From the sequence record PZ445502.1: a stretch of 50,979 nt of DNA; one strand, written 5' to 3'. Origin of the DNA: a phage. Of the stretch, positions 37,653 to 45,368 are shown piece after piece. The translations under genes and the position numbers were made by a program. Under the pieces are notes generated by a model. The model made no database searches. It saw only the letters and a program-made list of their open reading frames with translations, and was not told the DNA's origin. Numbering within the stretch: position 1 is the stretch's first letter; every line of letters begins with the position of its first letter.

Positions 37653-37699
37653 GATTATGCCAGGTTTTTACACCTGGCTTTTAACAAAAAGTGCTATTT
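37653..37699 (-). promoter_or_regulatory. motif-class promoter (motif, 22 nt, CATAAT)
   Basis: GCCAGGT...ACCTGGC inverted repeat abutting the -10 box. Confidence 0.5.
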
Positions 37700-38410
37700 T
37701 GAGTTTGACTCAAAGACGGCGCGAGCAAAGCCGCGCGGAGTGAGGGAGCGGATCATCTTTGTGCGCGATGACTTGCCGCCAGTTTTGGCCCAGCCTGGAT
37801 TATCTTTGTCTTTCTCTTTCGGCAGGATTAAAGCGCGTGGAGGAATAACAAAGCCGTTGCCAGTCCAGAGGCATGTTTTCTTAAAATAGCGATCCCGCGC
37901 CGGAATAATATCAGGGAAGTCGGGATGTTTATCATCTTCCGGCAGATAGCCAGCGTAATCGCACGGATGGAACGTATAATCAGGCTTTCGCCATAACGTT
38001 GACAACTTGCCAACCGGATTTTCGATCATGTATGGAACACCGAAATAATCAGCTATATCAGCCGCGATTCTGCAAGTGTCGGCGGCCTCATCCTGGAAAG
38101 ATGGATTTTTAAGGCGCTTTTTAGCCCAATGGCGAGATCCGCTATTTGCAAGGTCGGTGCATGGTGGGAAGGCCATAATAAAATCAGGATTGCCCCACTC
38201 ATTATTGATTGCCTTAACATAAAAAGCATCATCAATCCAGACGTTAACGTATTCGATATTCTCATGCTGTATGCGCACTGACTGGTAATCACCGTGATCG
38301 CCGCCGTCAGCATTAAAGCAAATGCACTTATAGCCATTATCAGCCCAATCTTTAACGGCTTTACCAGATCCATCAAATAGGGAGAATATTAAACCTTTAT
38401 ACATCGTCAT
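37694..38410 (-). CDS. putative DNA methyltransferase (C5-cytosine-methyltransferase-like motifs)
   Basis: about 238 aa from ATG 38410 with GAGGTA SD; FSLFDGSG, FPPC and ENPVG motifs resembling motifs I, IV and VI. Confidence 0.4.
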   Translation of the reverse strand: MTMYKGLIFSLFDGSGKAVKDWADNGYKCICFNADGGDHGDYQSVRIQHENIEYVNVWIDDAFYVKAINNEWGNPDFIMAFPPCTDLANSGSRHWAKKRLKNPSFQDEAADTCRIAADIADYFGVPYMIENPVGKLSTLWRKPDYTFHPCDYAGYLPEDDKHPDFPDIIPARDRYFKKTCLWTGNGFVIPPRALILPKEKDKDNPGWAKTGGKSSRTKMIRSLTPRGFARAVFESNSK

Positions 38411-38414
38411 TACC

Positions 38415-38639
38415 TCAAAACGGAAAACAGCGCGCACAACCAGGATCGAAATCGCATCCACAATCATTAACAATCATAGTGGGATCTGCAAATATTGCGC
38501 TTGATTCAAGATCCATATCCATATCACCTAAAGCCTCATCAAGAGTCTTAATTTTATATGCCACTTCAAGCGCCGACTCTTTATTTAGTCCGGCATCTTC
38601 TGCCATTTGAAGGCGCTCAAAAAATCCGTCTTGACTCAT
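38415..38639 (-). CDS. hypothetical acidic protein
   Basis: 74 aa; AAGGGG SD. Confidence 0.4.
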   Translation of the reverse strand: MSQDGFFERLQMAEDAGLNKESALEVAYKIKTLDEALGDMDMDLESSAIFADPTMIVNDCGCDFDPGCARCFPF

Positions 38640-38752
38640 CGCATAATCCCCTTAATAACAGCCAAGATAATAGCCAGGCCAGCAGCAGTAACCAAAAAGC
38701 CAACCGCGCCAATAATCGAATAAAAAAAGAAATCAATAGCTTTATCTATCAT
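38636..38752 (-). CDS. small hydrophobic membrane protein
   Basis: 38 aa, not in the ORF track; GAGGTGG SD; single TM helix; ATGA overlap with the downstream gene. Confidence 0.35.
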   Translation of the reverse strand: MIDKAIDFFFYSIIGAVGFLVTAAGLAIILAVIKGIMR

Positions 38753-38764
38753 TTCCACCTCATT

Positions 38765-38786
38765 TAAAAGGCGGCAAAACGCCGCC
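38765..38786 (-). terminator. terminator-like hairpin
   Basis: minus strand GGCGGCGTTTTGCCGCC followed by TTTT. Confidence 0.4.
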
Positions 38787-38793
38787 ATATTAA

Positions 38794-39021
38794 TTAAAGA
38801 GCACGCCAACTTTGAATATAGAAAGCGTTTTCTTCCAGTAATTCTTTTAACTGATCTTTATTGCATTTGCGCACCTTACCTCCTGGATGAATACCAATAA
38901 GATAGCCGCCCTTTCCCTCGGTGATAGTGATTTGGCTAATTCCGCAGGACTTATCAAGTTTTACAGCCACGCGGTGATGAGCGTCAATAGTTGACATAAT
39001 GTTTAAAACTTTTGCTTTCAT
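38794..39021 (-). CDS. hypothetical protein
   Basis: 75 aa ORF. Confidence 0.4.
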   Translation of the reverse strand: MKAKVLNIMSTIDAHHRVAVKLDKSCGISQITITEGKGGYLIGIHPGGKVRKCNKDQLKELLEENAFYIQSWRAL

Positions 39022-39129
39022 TTAAATATCCTCAATTGAAATATGAATGGCGTCGTGCTCTTTTCCCGTCGCCGCCGTAATGGTCATTTGCAACCGCTAC
39101 CATCCAAGCATTTTTGAAAATAAATAGCC

Positions 39130-39342
39130 TCATTTCTTATTTTTCATCTTAAATTTATGGCCCGGAACACCAGCGCCAATATAGCCATCGTTGTATTCCA
39201 TTAAATAAAGGTGAAGACCATTATCTGAAATTACATGAGGATCTTCTTTGAGATTTCCCATTAGTGGATATTCTTTTTCGCGCGTGAATTTCCAAATTGA
39301 GTTATAAGTTTCTACGCATTTAAGTTTTAATTGCTTTGCCAT
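39130..39342 (-). CDS. hypothetical protein
   Basis: 70 aa ORF. Confidence 0.4.
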   Translation of the reverse strand: MAKQLKLKCVETYNSIWKFTREKEYPLMGNLKEDPHVISDNGLHLYLMEYNDGYIGAGVPGHKFKMKNKK

Positions 39343-39623
39343 TATACGATCCCAGCTACGTTAAAACTTACAGCCTTTGTTGCGCCAAATACATAAGCCT
39401 CAACAGCGCCGCCAAATACACGAATTTTACCCTGGCCGTACTGCGCATTCATATTTCGCCAAACCGTTCTATTGGAGCAGAATGCGCTACCAGTCTTAAT
39501 AAGCGTATCCATCTCTTTTCTTAGATCGCGATAGTCAAGCCAGAATCTAAAGGCGCGCTGTTTAATTCGCGCCGCCTTGATTTTTTCTCTTGCGCTATTG
39601 AAATCATTCTTTTCGTATGCCAT
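39342..39623 (-). CDS. hypothetical protein
   Basis: 93 aa; coupled to flanking genes by 1-nt overlaps. Confidence 0.4.
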   Translation of the reverse strand: MAYEKNDFNSAREKIKAARIKQRAFRFWLDYRDLRKEMDTLIKTGSAFCSNRTVWRNMNAQYGQGKIRVFGGAVEAYVFGATKAVSFNVAGIV

Positions 39624-39820
39624 TAAATGATCTCCATGTATGTTTCAAAGCCATTTAACTTGAACAGGCCGTTTTCACATTTGCGCACGTTCCAAGTTAG
39701 CCCTGAGTGGTACGCCTCCATATCATCAAGGTCAATGGTGATTTCAGCACCTTTCTTAAACAAACCTTTTTCGTGAGACTTGTCGCGCTTAACAACTTTA
39801 ACATCAACCTGATTTTCCAT
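39623..39820 (-). CDS. hypothetical protein
   Basis: 65 aa ORF. Confidence 0.4.
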   Translation of the reverse strand: MENQVDVKVVKRDKSHEKGLFKKGAEITIDLDDMEAYHSGLTWNVRKCENGLFKLNGFETYMEII

Positions 39821-39851
39821 CTTTAAATCCTCGTTTGTTGTCGATGCGCTT

Positions 39852-39897
39852 ACTATACCAATCAGCAGCGCATCGTTTTTAACAAAAAGTGCTATTT
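39852..39897 (-). promoter_or_regulatory. motif-class promoter (motif, 22 nt, TATAGT)
   Basis: minus strand AATAGCACTTTTTGTTAAAAA then 22 nt then TATAGT. Confidence 0.5.
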
Positions 39898-40159
39898 AGT
39901 CCAGAAATTCGATTTCACGCTCTCCAGTTAACGGATCTACAAGCCAGAATCCGAGCGGTTCGCCGTGAGCACCGCCATAGAATCCAAGCGCCGCCAGATC
40001 TTCACCTTTAACGAATACCAGGTTTCCGCTGCGGCTTACGTGAGACACGTTAACGATAACCGGAAATGTGCGATCCTTAAATGCAGGCCGCAGGGCGTAA
40101 CACCCGTTATTGAGCAAACGTGCTTTGCGCTTAACTGGAATAGGTGCATTAATTTTCAT
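39896..40159 (-). CDS. hypothetical protein
   Basis: 87 aa; AAGGAG SD; stop TAA abuts the motif. Confidence 0.45.
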   Translation of the reverse strand: MKINAPIPVKRKARLLNNGCYALRPAFKDRTFPVIVNVSHVSRSGNLVFVKGEDLAALGFYGGAHGEPLGFWLVDPLTGEREIEFLD

Positions 40160-40171
40160 GGTTATTACTCC

Positions 40172-40384
40172 TTATCGTAAAGATTTAAAGACGTATAGTT
40201 TATTGCGGTAACTATATATCCGCATTGTTATTTCTCGCAGCGCAATATATTCCTTCCTGTTTTCCGGCAGACTGGCTAGCAACAACAGGCAGTATTTATA
40301 AGCGCGGTCAAGATTCCTTTCCGTGCCCATGCAATATCCCTTATTGCGCCTGGAGCGGTACAGCCATAACAATTTCTTGAACAT
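40172..40384 (-). CDS. hypothetical protein (uncertain)
   Basis: 70 aa from ATG with GGGAGGA SD; the track's longer 132-aa version is rejected. Confidence 0.3.
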   Translation of the reverse strand: MFKKLLWLYRSRRNKGYCMGTERNLDRAYKYCLLLLASLPENRKEYIALREITMRIYSYRNKLYVFKSLR

Positions 40385-40385
40385 T

Positions 40386-40595
40386 TCAGATCCTCCCATA
40401 CAGATCGCAAACTTCATTGATAAAGCAGCGTTGAGACTCTTTATCCTGCTTCTCAAACATCGCACGGCACTCATAGCGGTGATTATGCACGATGACAACA
40501 ACCATATTTTCAGGCGCTGACGGGTGACGCGCGGAAGCGTCGCAGATTGAAACATCCATACCCATCTCACGGGCTTTCTTGATCACATCCAACAT
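40386..40595 (-). CDS. hypothetical protein
   Basis: 69 aa from ATG 40595 with GGAG upstream (track begins at TTG 40619). Confidence 0.4.
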   Translation of the reverse strand: MLDVIKKAREMGMDVSICDASARHPSAPENMVVVIVHNHRYECRAMFEKQDKESQRCFINEVCDLYGRI

Positions 40596-40849
40596 TTTTT
40601 CTTCTCCTGCAATAAGCAAACATCATTGATAAAATCAGCACGGCCCTTAATGTTGCTGATGTGGAACGTCTTTTCAGCGTACAGGCCATTACCTTCAATC
40701 ACGATCATTACGCGAGTCGGTTTATTCACGGGCGCACGAGAAAAGGGTTGGCGCACCGGAAGAAATTTAGTCATCACATCCAGGTTAGAACTGGCGGCCC
40801 TGCAAAATGCCTCCGCCAGATCCAAATCATTTTCGGTAATCACCGCCAT
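40583..40849 (-). CDS. hypothetical protein
   Basis: 88 aa from ATG 40849, TAATG overlap with the upstream stop. Confidence 0.4.
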   Translation of the reverse strand: MAVITENDLDLAEAFCRAASSNLDVMTKFLPVRQPFSRAPVNKPTRVMIVIEGNGLYAEKTFHISNIKGRADFINDVCLLQEKKKCWM

Positions 40850-41121
40850 TACTTCTTGATCTCCTTGCTGATAAATTTCAGCACCTGGCGCAAGAAAACC
40901 TCGTTGTTGATAGTCGCTGGCAATTCTTCTTTCACTTCTTGCGGCAGATAGATATTGCCGTGCCAGGTCAAGCAATCGTAGTTGATACGATAAGAGCAAA
41001 GCCACTCGCAATCGTTATCTGCTTCCCAAATGCAGAGTTGCAGAACATCGCCAAAATCTTCAACAGTCAGATCCAGACCGTGACGCTTAGCGAAATTGAA
41101 AGTGGTTTTGCTGATGTTCAT
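40849..41121 (-). CDS. hypothetical protein, first gene of the minus-strand early operon
   Basis: 90 aa; GGAGA SD. Confidence 0.45.
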   Translation of the reverse strand: MNISKTTFNFAKRHGLDLTVEDFGDVLQLCIWEADNDCEWLCSYRINYDCLTWHGNIYLPQEVKEELPATINNEVFLRQVLKFISKEIKK

Positions 41122-41152
41122 TGCTATCTCCTGTGCGGTTCGTTTCGATGTG

Positions 41153-41200
41153 TGTAATGTACCCGATCAGGTGGCCTGAGTTTTAACAAAAAGTGCTATT
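41153..41200 (-). promoter_or_regulatory. motif-class promoter (motif, 22 nt, TACATT) at the head of the minus-strand early operon
   Basis: minus strand AATAGCACTTTTTGTTAAAAC then 22 nt then TACATT. Confidence 0.5.
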
Positions 41201-41754
41201 TGACGGTTAGCGCCAGGATTGCGATCGAAATAATCAAAAGTAATCATTCGTAATCAAATCACGTCAAAATGATGATTGCCTTTGCAAATTTGATGAGAAA
41301 AGTAATCACGTTTAATCATTGGTTGCAGGGGAGATAGTGAAACCCTCCCCTCTTGCCTCACTTTTTCGCCTGGCTGTCAGTGGTTGTTGTCTTTTGTTCA
41401 CCCCTGTTACCGATTTCAGGCGGCGTGTTTCCGCGCGGTTTTCCGGTGTAGCGAAAACGGAAAAAACAAAGAAAATCCTCTATAATACATTGAAAATAAA
41501 GATTATTTATTTATATATATCTATAATGTTTTCTTTTTGTTCTCACTGTTACAGTGCTTTTTGTTGGTTATGGTGTGGTTGTGTGTGGGTATATATGGAT
41601 AGTTGCGCGCGCGGCGGATTGCATATGTATATATACTTTTTCCGGCGGATTGCGTTAACAGAGTGAACAGAAAAATAACAGCCGCGAAATCAATAACTTG
41701 CGCATGATTTTGTAGTTTTTCGATATTGGTAACGTTTTGAATACAACAAAAACA

Positions 41755-41783
41755 TTGACACGCACCAAATAGCTTTTATAATG
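41755..41783 (+). promoter_or_regulatory. sigma70-like promoter (TTGACA-N16-TATAAT) for the plus-strand early operon
   Basis: consensus hexamers at canonical spacing about 30 nt upstream of ATG 41814. Confidence 0.55.
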
Positions 41784-41813
41784 CGCCAACAGTCAACAAC
41801 TGGAGGAAAGGAA

Positions 41814-42278
41814 ATGGAACAGAAGACCACTAAGGACTATTGCGATTGGCTTCGCGAGCTTGGTCGCCGCCTGGCTAGTGGCGATATTGAAGAGTATAAA
41901 ATGTCACTAATTGACCTGGCCGGAATGTTAAGCGGTGACGACTGCTACAAGATCACGCGCAGTTCATCCTACAGCCGGACCATTATCAACCGCGTTCCAG
42001 AAGTAAGGGCCGCAGGTCGGGTAAGCATCAAGGTAGAGGAAACGGAAGATGATAAATTTTACGTTTTCCGCATGGTCCGCGAATCGAAAAGGAAAATCAT
42101 CACACCCGAAGAATTGCCAGCCATCAAGGCAAGGGCGATCAAAAAGTTTGCCGATCGCATACTGGCAGCAATCCCGAATATCGTTGACCTGGAAGGGGAT
42201 AAACTGGCTGGGGCTTGCGAGGGCGTAAGCCGCTACCAGGATATGATCCGCGAAATCATCAAAGAGGAAGAGCAATGA
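41814..42278 (+). CDS. hypothetical protein, first early gene
   Basis: 154 aa from ATG 41814 with GGAGG SD. Confidence 0.45.
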   Translation: MEQKTTKDYCDWLRELGRRLASGDIEEYKMSLIDLAGMLSGDDCYKITRSSSYSRTIINRVPEVRAAGRVSIKVEETEDDKFYVFRMVRESKRKIITPEELPAIKARAIKKFADRILAAIPNIVDLEGDKLAGACEGVSRYQDMIREIIKEEEQ

Positions 42279-42547
42279 AAAAGGCATTAATCAGCGTTTT
42301 GGCGGCAATGGCATTCCTGACCGGATGCAAAGAAGATGGCGCGCATGTTGGCAATGTGCAGATGGCTAACCCTGGCGATGACTACAGCGTAAGGGAGCTA
42401 TTCACCGCTGACGGTTGCACCGTTTACCGATTCTATGACGATCGCACTGTTTACTTCACCAACTGCAAGGGCGCTACTAGCTGGGAAGTGTCGAAAAGCA
42501 ATGGCAAAGGCACGAAGACAGAACATATGACCGTCGAGACAAAATAG
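42275..42547 (+). CDS. small lipoprotein (second lipoprotein; Llp/Cor-like candidate)
   Basis: 90 aa; signal peptide with lipobox LTGC; ATGA overlap with the upstream gene. Confidence 0.5.
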   Translation: MKKALISVLAAMAFLTGCKEDGAHVGNVQMANPGDDYSVRELFTADGCTVYRFYDDRTVYFTNCKGATSWEVSKSNGKGTKTEHMTVETK

Positions 42548-42587
42548 CACTTTTTGTTAAAACGCCAGGCGCGAAGCCTGGCATAAT
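42543..42587 (+). promoter_or_regulatory. motif-class promoter (motif, 22 nt, CATAAT)
   Basis: GCCAGGC...GCCTGGC inverted repeat abutting the -10 box. Confidence 0.5.
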
Positions 42588-42619
42588 AGCCTCATCGAAA
42601 CGAGATTGAGGAAACAAAA

Positions 42620-42805
42620 ATGGCACGTCGCATCACCAAAGACCTTAAAGTCCTGAACAAAGAAAACGTAGTTAAAATCCTGGTTATCTGGGGCTACAAC
42701 GAAGAAACAGCAAAGCAGAAGGTAGAGGCAGGTTATGACCTGGCTGTAAAAGCAATGCCAAACGACGACGCCAAAGGCATTGCAAACTATGTAGCGTTCT
42801 TTTAA
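42620..42805 (+). CDS. hypothetical protein
   Basis: 61 aa; GAGGA SD. Confidence 0.4.
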   Translation: MARRITKDLKVLNKENVVKILVIWGYNEETAKQKVEAGYDLAVKAMPNDDAKGIANYVAFF

Positions 42806-42820
42806 TTAGCGGGTGAATAA

Positions 42821-43006
42821 ATGAAAACGAAATTAGTCCATAAATCAGAAATCAAGATCGGCGATACTGTGATTCACAACGGCGAGCTTAGAACGGTTGG
42901 CAAAGAGTCAATAAGCCACGATGAATTTATGGGGATCTTGTTGTTCGGTGACTCTTATCGTCTTGGTTACAAGATGGTTGAGCTTGTGGAAGAGGTAAAA
43001 TTCTAA
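42821..43006 (+). CDS. hypothetical protein
   Basis: 61 aa ORF. Confidence 0.4.
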   Translation: MKTKLVHKSEIKIGDTVIHNGELRTVGKESISHDEFMGILLFGDSYRLGYKMVELVEEVKF

Positions 43007-43050
43007 ATAGCACTTTTTGTTAAAACTCAAAAGCGATAACCAGGCATAAT
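43005..43050 (+). promoter_or_regulatory. motif-class promoter (motif, 22 nt, CATAAT)
   Basis: shares CCAGGCATAAT with the promoters near 42543 and 37653. Confidence 0.5.
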
Positions 43051-43252
43051 ACACACATAGACGGGCGGCAAGGATTGCTGCGGGAGAGGAGTAACGCAGG
43101 GGCTTGATCGAAGTGTCAGGATTCCCAACCGTGAGGCCAGAACTATCACACTCGCCACCAGGCAGAACGCTAGATAGGTCACTGAGCTGAGGCTACCGAC
43201 GAAGTGAAGCCCGTCACCAAAGATTAAACGGTTATTTATGTTAAAGGGGTTA

Positions 43253-43435
43253 ATGATGGATAAGATCATCAAAATGAGCGAAGTCAAGCCGGGAATGATG
43301 GTTAAGTTTGCTGGCAAATATCGCCTAGTGCTGGATAACTGCCGCAAAGAGAACATTCTTACCATTCGTGTAAATGGCAAGGCGCAGCTATTCGCCCCTA
43401 GCGCAGATATTGACGTTGAAGTTAGAATTAAGTAA
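43253..43435 (+). CDS. hypothetical protein
   Basis: about 60 aa from ATG 43253 with AAGGGG SD. Confidence 0.4.
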   Translation: MMDKIIKMSEVKPGMMVKFAGKYRLVLDNCRKENILTIRVNGKAQLFAPSADIDVEVRIK

Positions 43436-43450
43436 TTAGGAGGAAACACC

Positions 43451-44344
43451 ATGTTAAAACTTGCTGACATTAAATTCCCGATCACCTTCGAATCTCGCGG
43501 AATTGGTCATTACATTTTTACTGATGAAAAAACATGCCATAAGGTTGATTTGCATAGCTACAAGCGTGCGCCATCAAGCATGGAGATTGATCACTTCATT
43601 GATGCGCATAACAAGCACTACAACTCGCTTAAAGACTACGGCTACGCAATGCCAGGATATACCAGCTTCCACTACAAGCCATACAAGGGCCAGGTGTTAC
43701 CAGTTCGCTCACCGGAACGCGCAGAGATTCCGATGGTCAATATGAAAACCTGCGACTACAAAAAGCTGTGGTGCTTAAGTGTGGACAATATCAAGTATCC
43801 GATCACGTTCCACACAACTGGTAACTCAACGATTCGCTTCACATCACGCGACAATGGCGTTTATAGCGATGGTCAGAAATCAGGGTTGAAAGTTGATTTC
43901 TTTGTCAATGCTCACAACGATTTCAATCCGCACAACGAAAAAGATAAAGTGTACTACGTGGAAGACATTACAAAACACTTATTTGGAGAAACTCCATTCG
44001 GCGGCGGTAAGACGTCAATTCAGCAAATCATTGGCGATGAGATCCACAAAGCGGCTGCCGAAATGAAAGCGCCTGGAGGCTGGCGTATTGACAAGAGCGC
44101 CTTTGCAAATCAAGAAATCGTAACGCAGGGCGCAATTGAAGATATGCCAGTTGCAGCCACGCTAAAAGGAGTCCGGCTTGATGATGGTGTGTGGTTTGAA
44201 GTAACGGCTACACCAAAGACGTTCGAGATTCATGATGACGTTGTTATTCTTCTGCTTCACTACGGCGGCGCAAAAAACCGCACCGTTGCAGGTGAGATCA
44301 GCATCAAGCGCGGAACGATGGTTAAGTGGAAGGTCAAAGTGTAA
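43451..44344 (+). CDS. hypothetical early protein with internal tandem duplication
   Basis: 297 aa; segments around residues 5-60 and 110-165 are clear repeats (IKFPITFESRG... versus IKYPITFHTTG...). Confidence 0.5.
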   Translation: MLKLADIKFPITFESRGIGHYIFTDEKTCHKVDLHSYKRAPSSMEIDHFIDAHNKHYNSLKDYGYAMPGYTSFHYKPYKGQVLPVRSPERAEIPMVNMKTCDYKKLWCLSVDNIKYPITFHTTGNSTIRFTSRDNGVYSDGQKSGLKVDFFVNAHNDFNPHNEKDKVYYVEDITKHLFGETPFGGGKTSIQQIIGDEIHKAAAEMKAPGGWRIDKSAFANQEIVTQGAIEDMPVAATLKGVRLDDGVWFEVTATPKTFEIHDDVVILLLHYGGAKNRTVAGEISIKRGTMVKWKVKV

Positions 44345-44387
44345 ATAGCACGAATTGTTAAAACTCAAATGTGGGGCCAGGTATAAT
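44343..44387 (+). promoter_or_regulatory. motif-class promoter, GAATTG variant (motif, 21 nt, TATAAT)
   Basis: AATAGCACGAATTGTTAAAAC; hairpin TGGGG...CCCCA encloses the TATAAT. Confidence 0.5.
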
Positions 44388-44417
44388 TGCCCCACTTTCA
44401 ACGAAGGAGATAAAACG

Positions 44418-44636
44418 ATGTACATTAGCAAGAAGATGAAATGTGTTTCCGTTAACTATGCTTGCTCTGGCATGTTCAAGCCTGGCGAAATCTATACGGC
44501 GCAAAAACTGAAATCATCAACCGGATCTTTTTACGTGAGCAATAATAAGGGGCATCGCATGTTCCTGAACGGCGGCGAAGGCACTAAGGTTATGGCGCAC
44601 GCTATGGTAATTGCTGAATTTGAGGAAGTGAAATAA
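44418..44636 (+). CDS. hypothetical protein
   Basis: 72 aa from ATG 44418 with AAGGAG SD. Confidence 0.4.
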   Translation: MYISKKMKCVSVNYACSGMFKPGEIYTAQKLKSSTGSFYVSNNKGHRMFLNGGEGTKVMAHAMVIAEFEEVK

Positions 44637-44818
44637 TGGATGATTTTACTCGGCTTGTTCTCGGCTGGATTGTGTTTCTTTTTGCGTGGCTTATCCACTG
44701 TGCGAGATATAAATTCAGACTGAGCTATGATAATTCATTCGTTATGACCTGCTTCAGTATTCCAGGATGGATCATTTTACTTTTGGCTACTGCTGAATAC
44801 ATCCATAAAACATTTTAA
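44636..44818 (+). CDS. small membrane protein
   Basis: 60 aa; two hydrophobic helices. Confidence 0.4.
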   Translation: MDDFTRLVLGWIVFLFAWLIHCARYKFRLSYDNSFVMTCFSIPGWIILLLATAEYIHKTF

Positions 44819-44828
44819 GGATTAATAT

Positions 44829-45368
44829 ATGAAAAAATACACTTTCGAACTATGGGGCAAGAAATACGAATTAATGACCAGCAAGCCGATTGTTATCGTT
44901 GATCTGGATGGTACGCTATCGGACGGATCGCATCGTTTGCACTTGCTGCCAACCGAAAACTTGCACCTTACGGAATCGTGGAGCGAATTTAACAGAGCAG
45001 CCGCCGGAGATTCACCGATTAAAAGCACGATAGCGGTTATTAACGGTTTATGGGTGTCGGGATTTGCCATCGTCATCTTGACCGGACGTAGCGACGAGGT
45101 TCGCTATAAAACCTGCAAATGGTTGAATGAGAACGGTGTGAAGTTTGACGAAATCATCATGCGCCGCCAGGAGGACAACCGAAAGGATACGGTTATTAAA
45201 GAAGAAGCCTTGCGCGCCATTGGCCTGGACAGCATTGTTTGCGCCTTTGACGATTCGCCGAACGTGGTTAAGCACTTCCGCAGCCTGGGGATCACAACCT
45301 ATCAGGTCACGGAATACGACAAGCCACACGCTCACCTGCAATCTCACGGAGTGGAGTGTTTAAAATGA
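44829..45368 (+). CDS. HAD-superfamily phosphatase (5'-nucleotidase or polynucleotide-phosphatase-like)
   Basis: 179 aa; HAD motif I VDLDGTL, motif II ILTGR, motif IV FDDSPN. Confidence 0.55.
   Translation: MKKYTFELWGKKYELMTSKPIVIVDLDGTLSDGSHRLHLLPTENLHLTESWSEFNRAAAGDSPIKSTIAVINGLWVSGFAIVILTGRSDEVRYKTCKWLNENGVKFDEIIMRRQEDNRKDTVIKEEALRAIGLDSIVCAFDDSPNVVKHFRSLGITTYQVTEYDKPHAHLQSHGVECLK

Noticed and set aside
40172-40570. 132-aa version of the minus-strand ORF
   Set aside because: Its N-terminal 62 codons overlap 40386..40595 in another frame and are Arg/Leu/Ser-rich; only the part from the ATG with a GGGAGGA SD (40172..40384) was kept, at low confidence.
43056-43237. tRNA gene in the GC-rich leader
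   Set aside because: No GTTCRANYC T-loop, no cloverleaf-compatible acceptor and T arms, and the length is wrong; kept only as a candidate structured RNA.
43027-43485. 152-aa minus-strand ORF
   Set aside because: It spans a motif-class promoter, the noncoding leader and the start of plus-strand genes, with no SD and a hydrophobic low-complexity product; the region is better explained as promoter plus leader.
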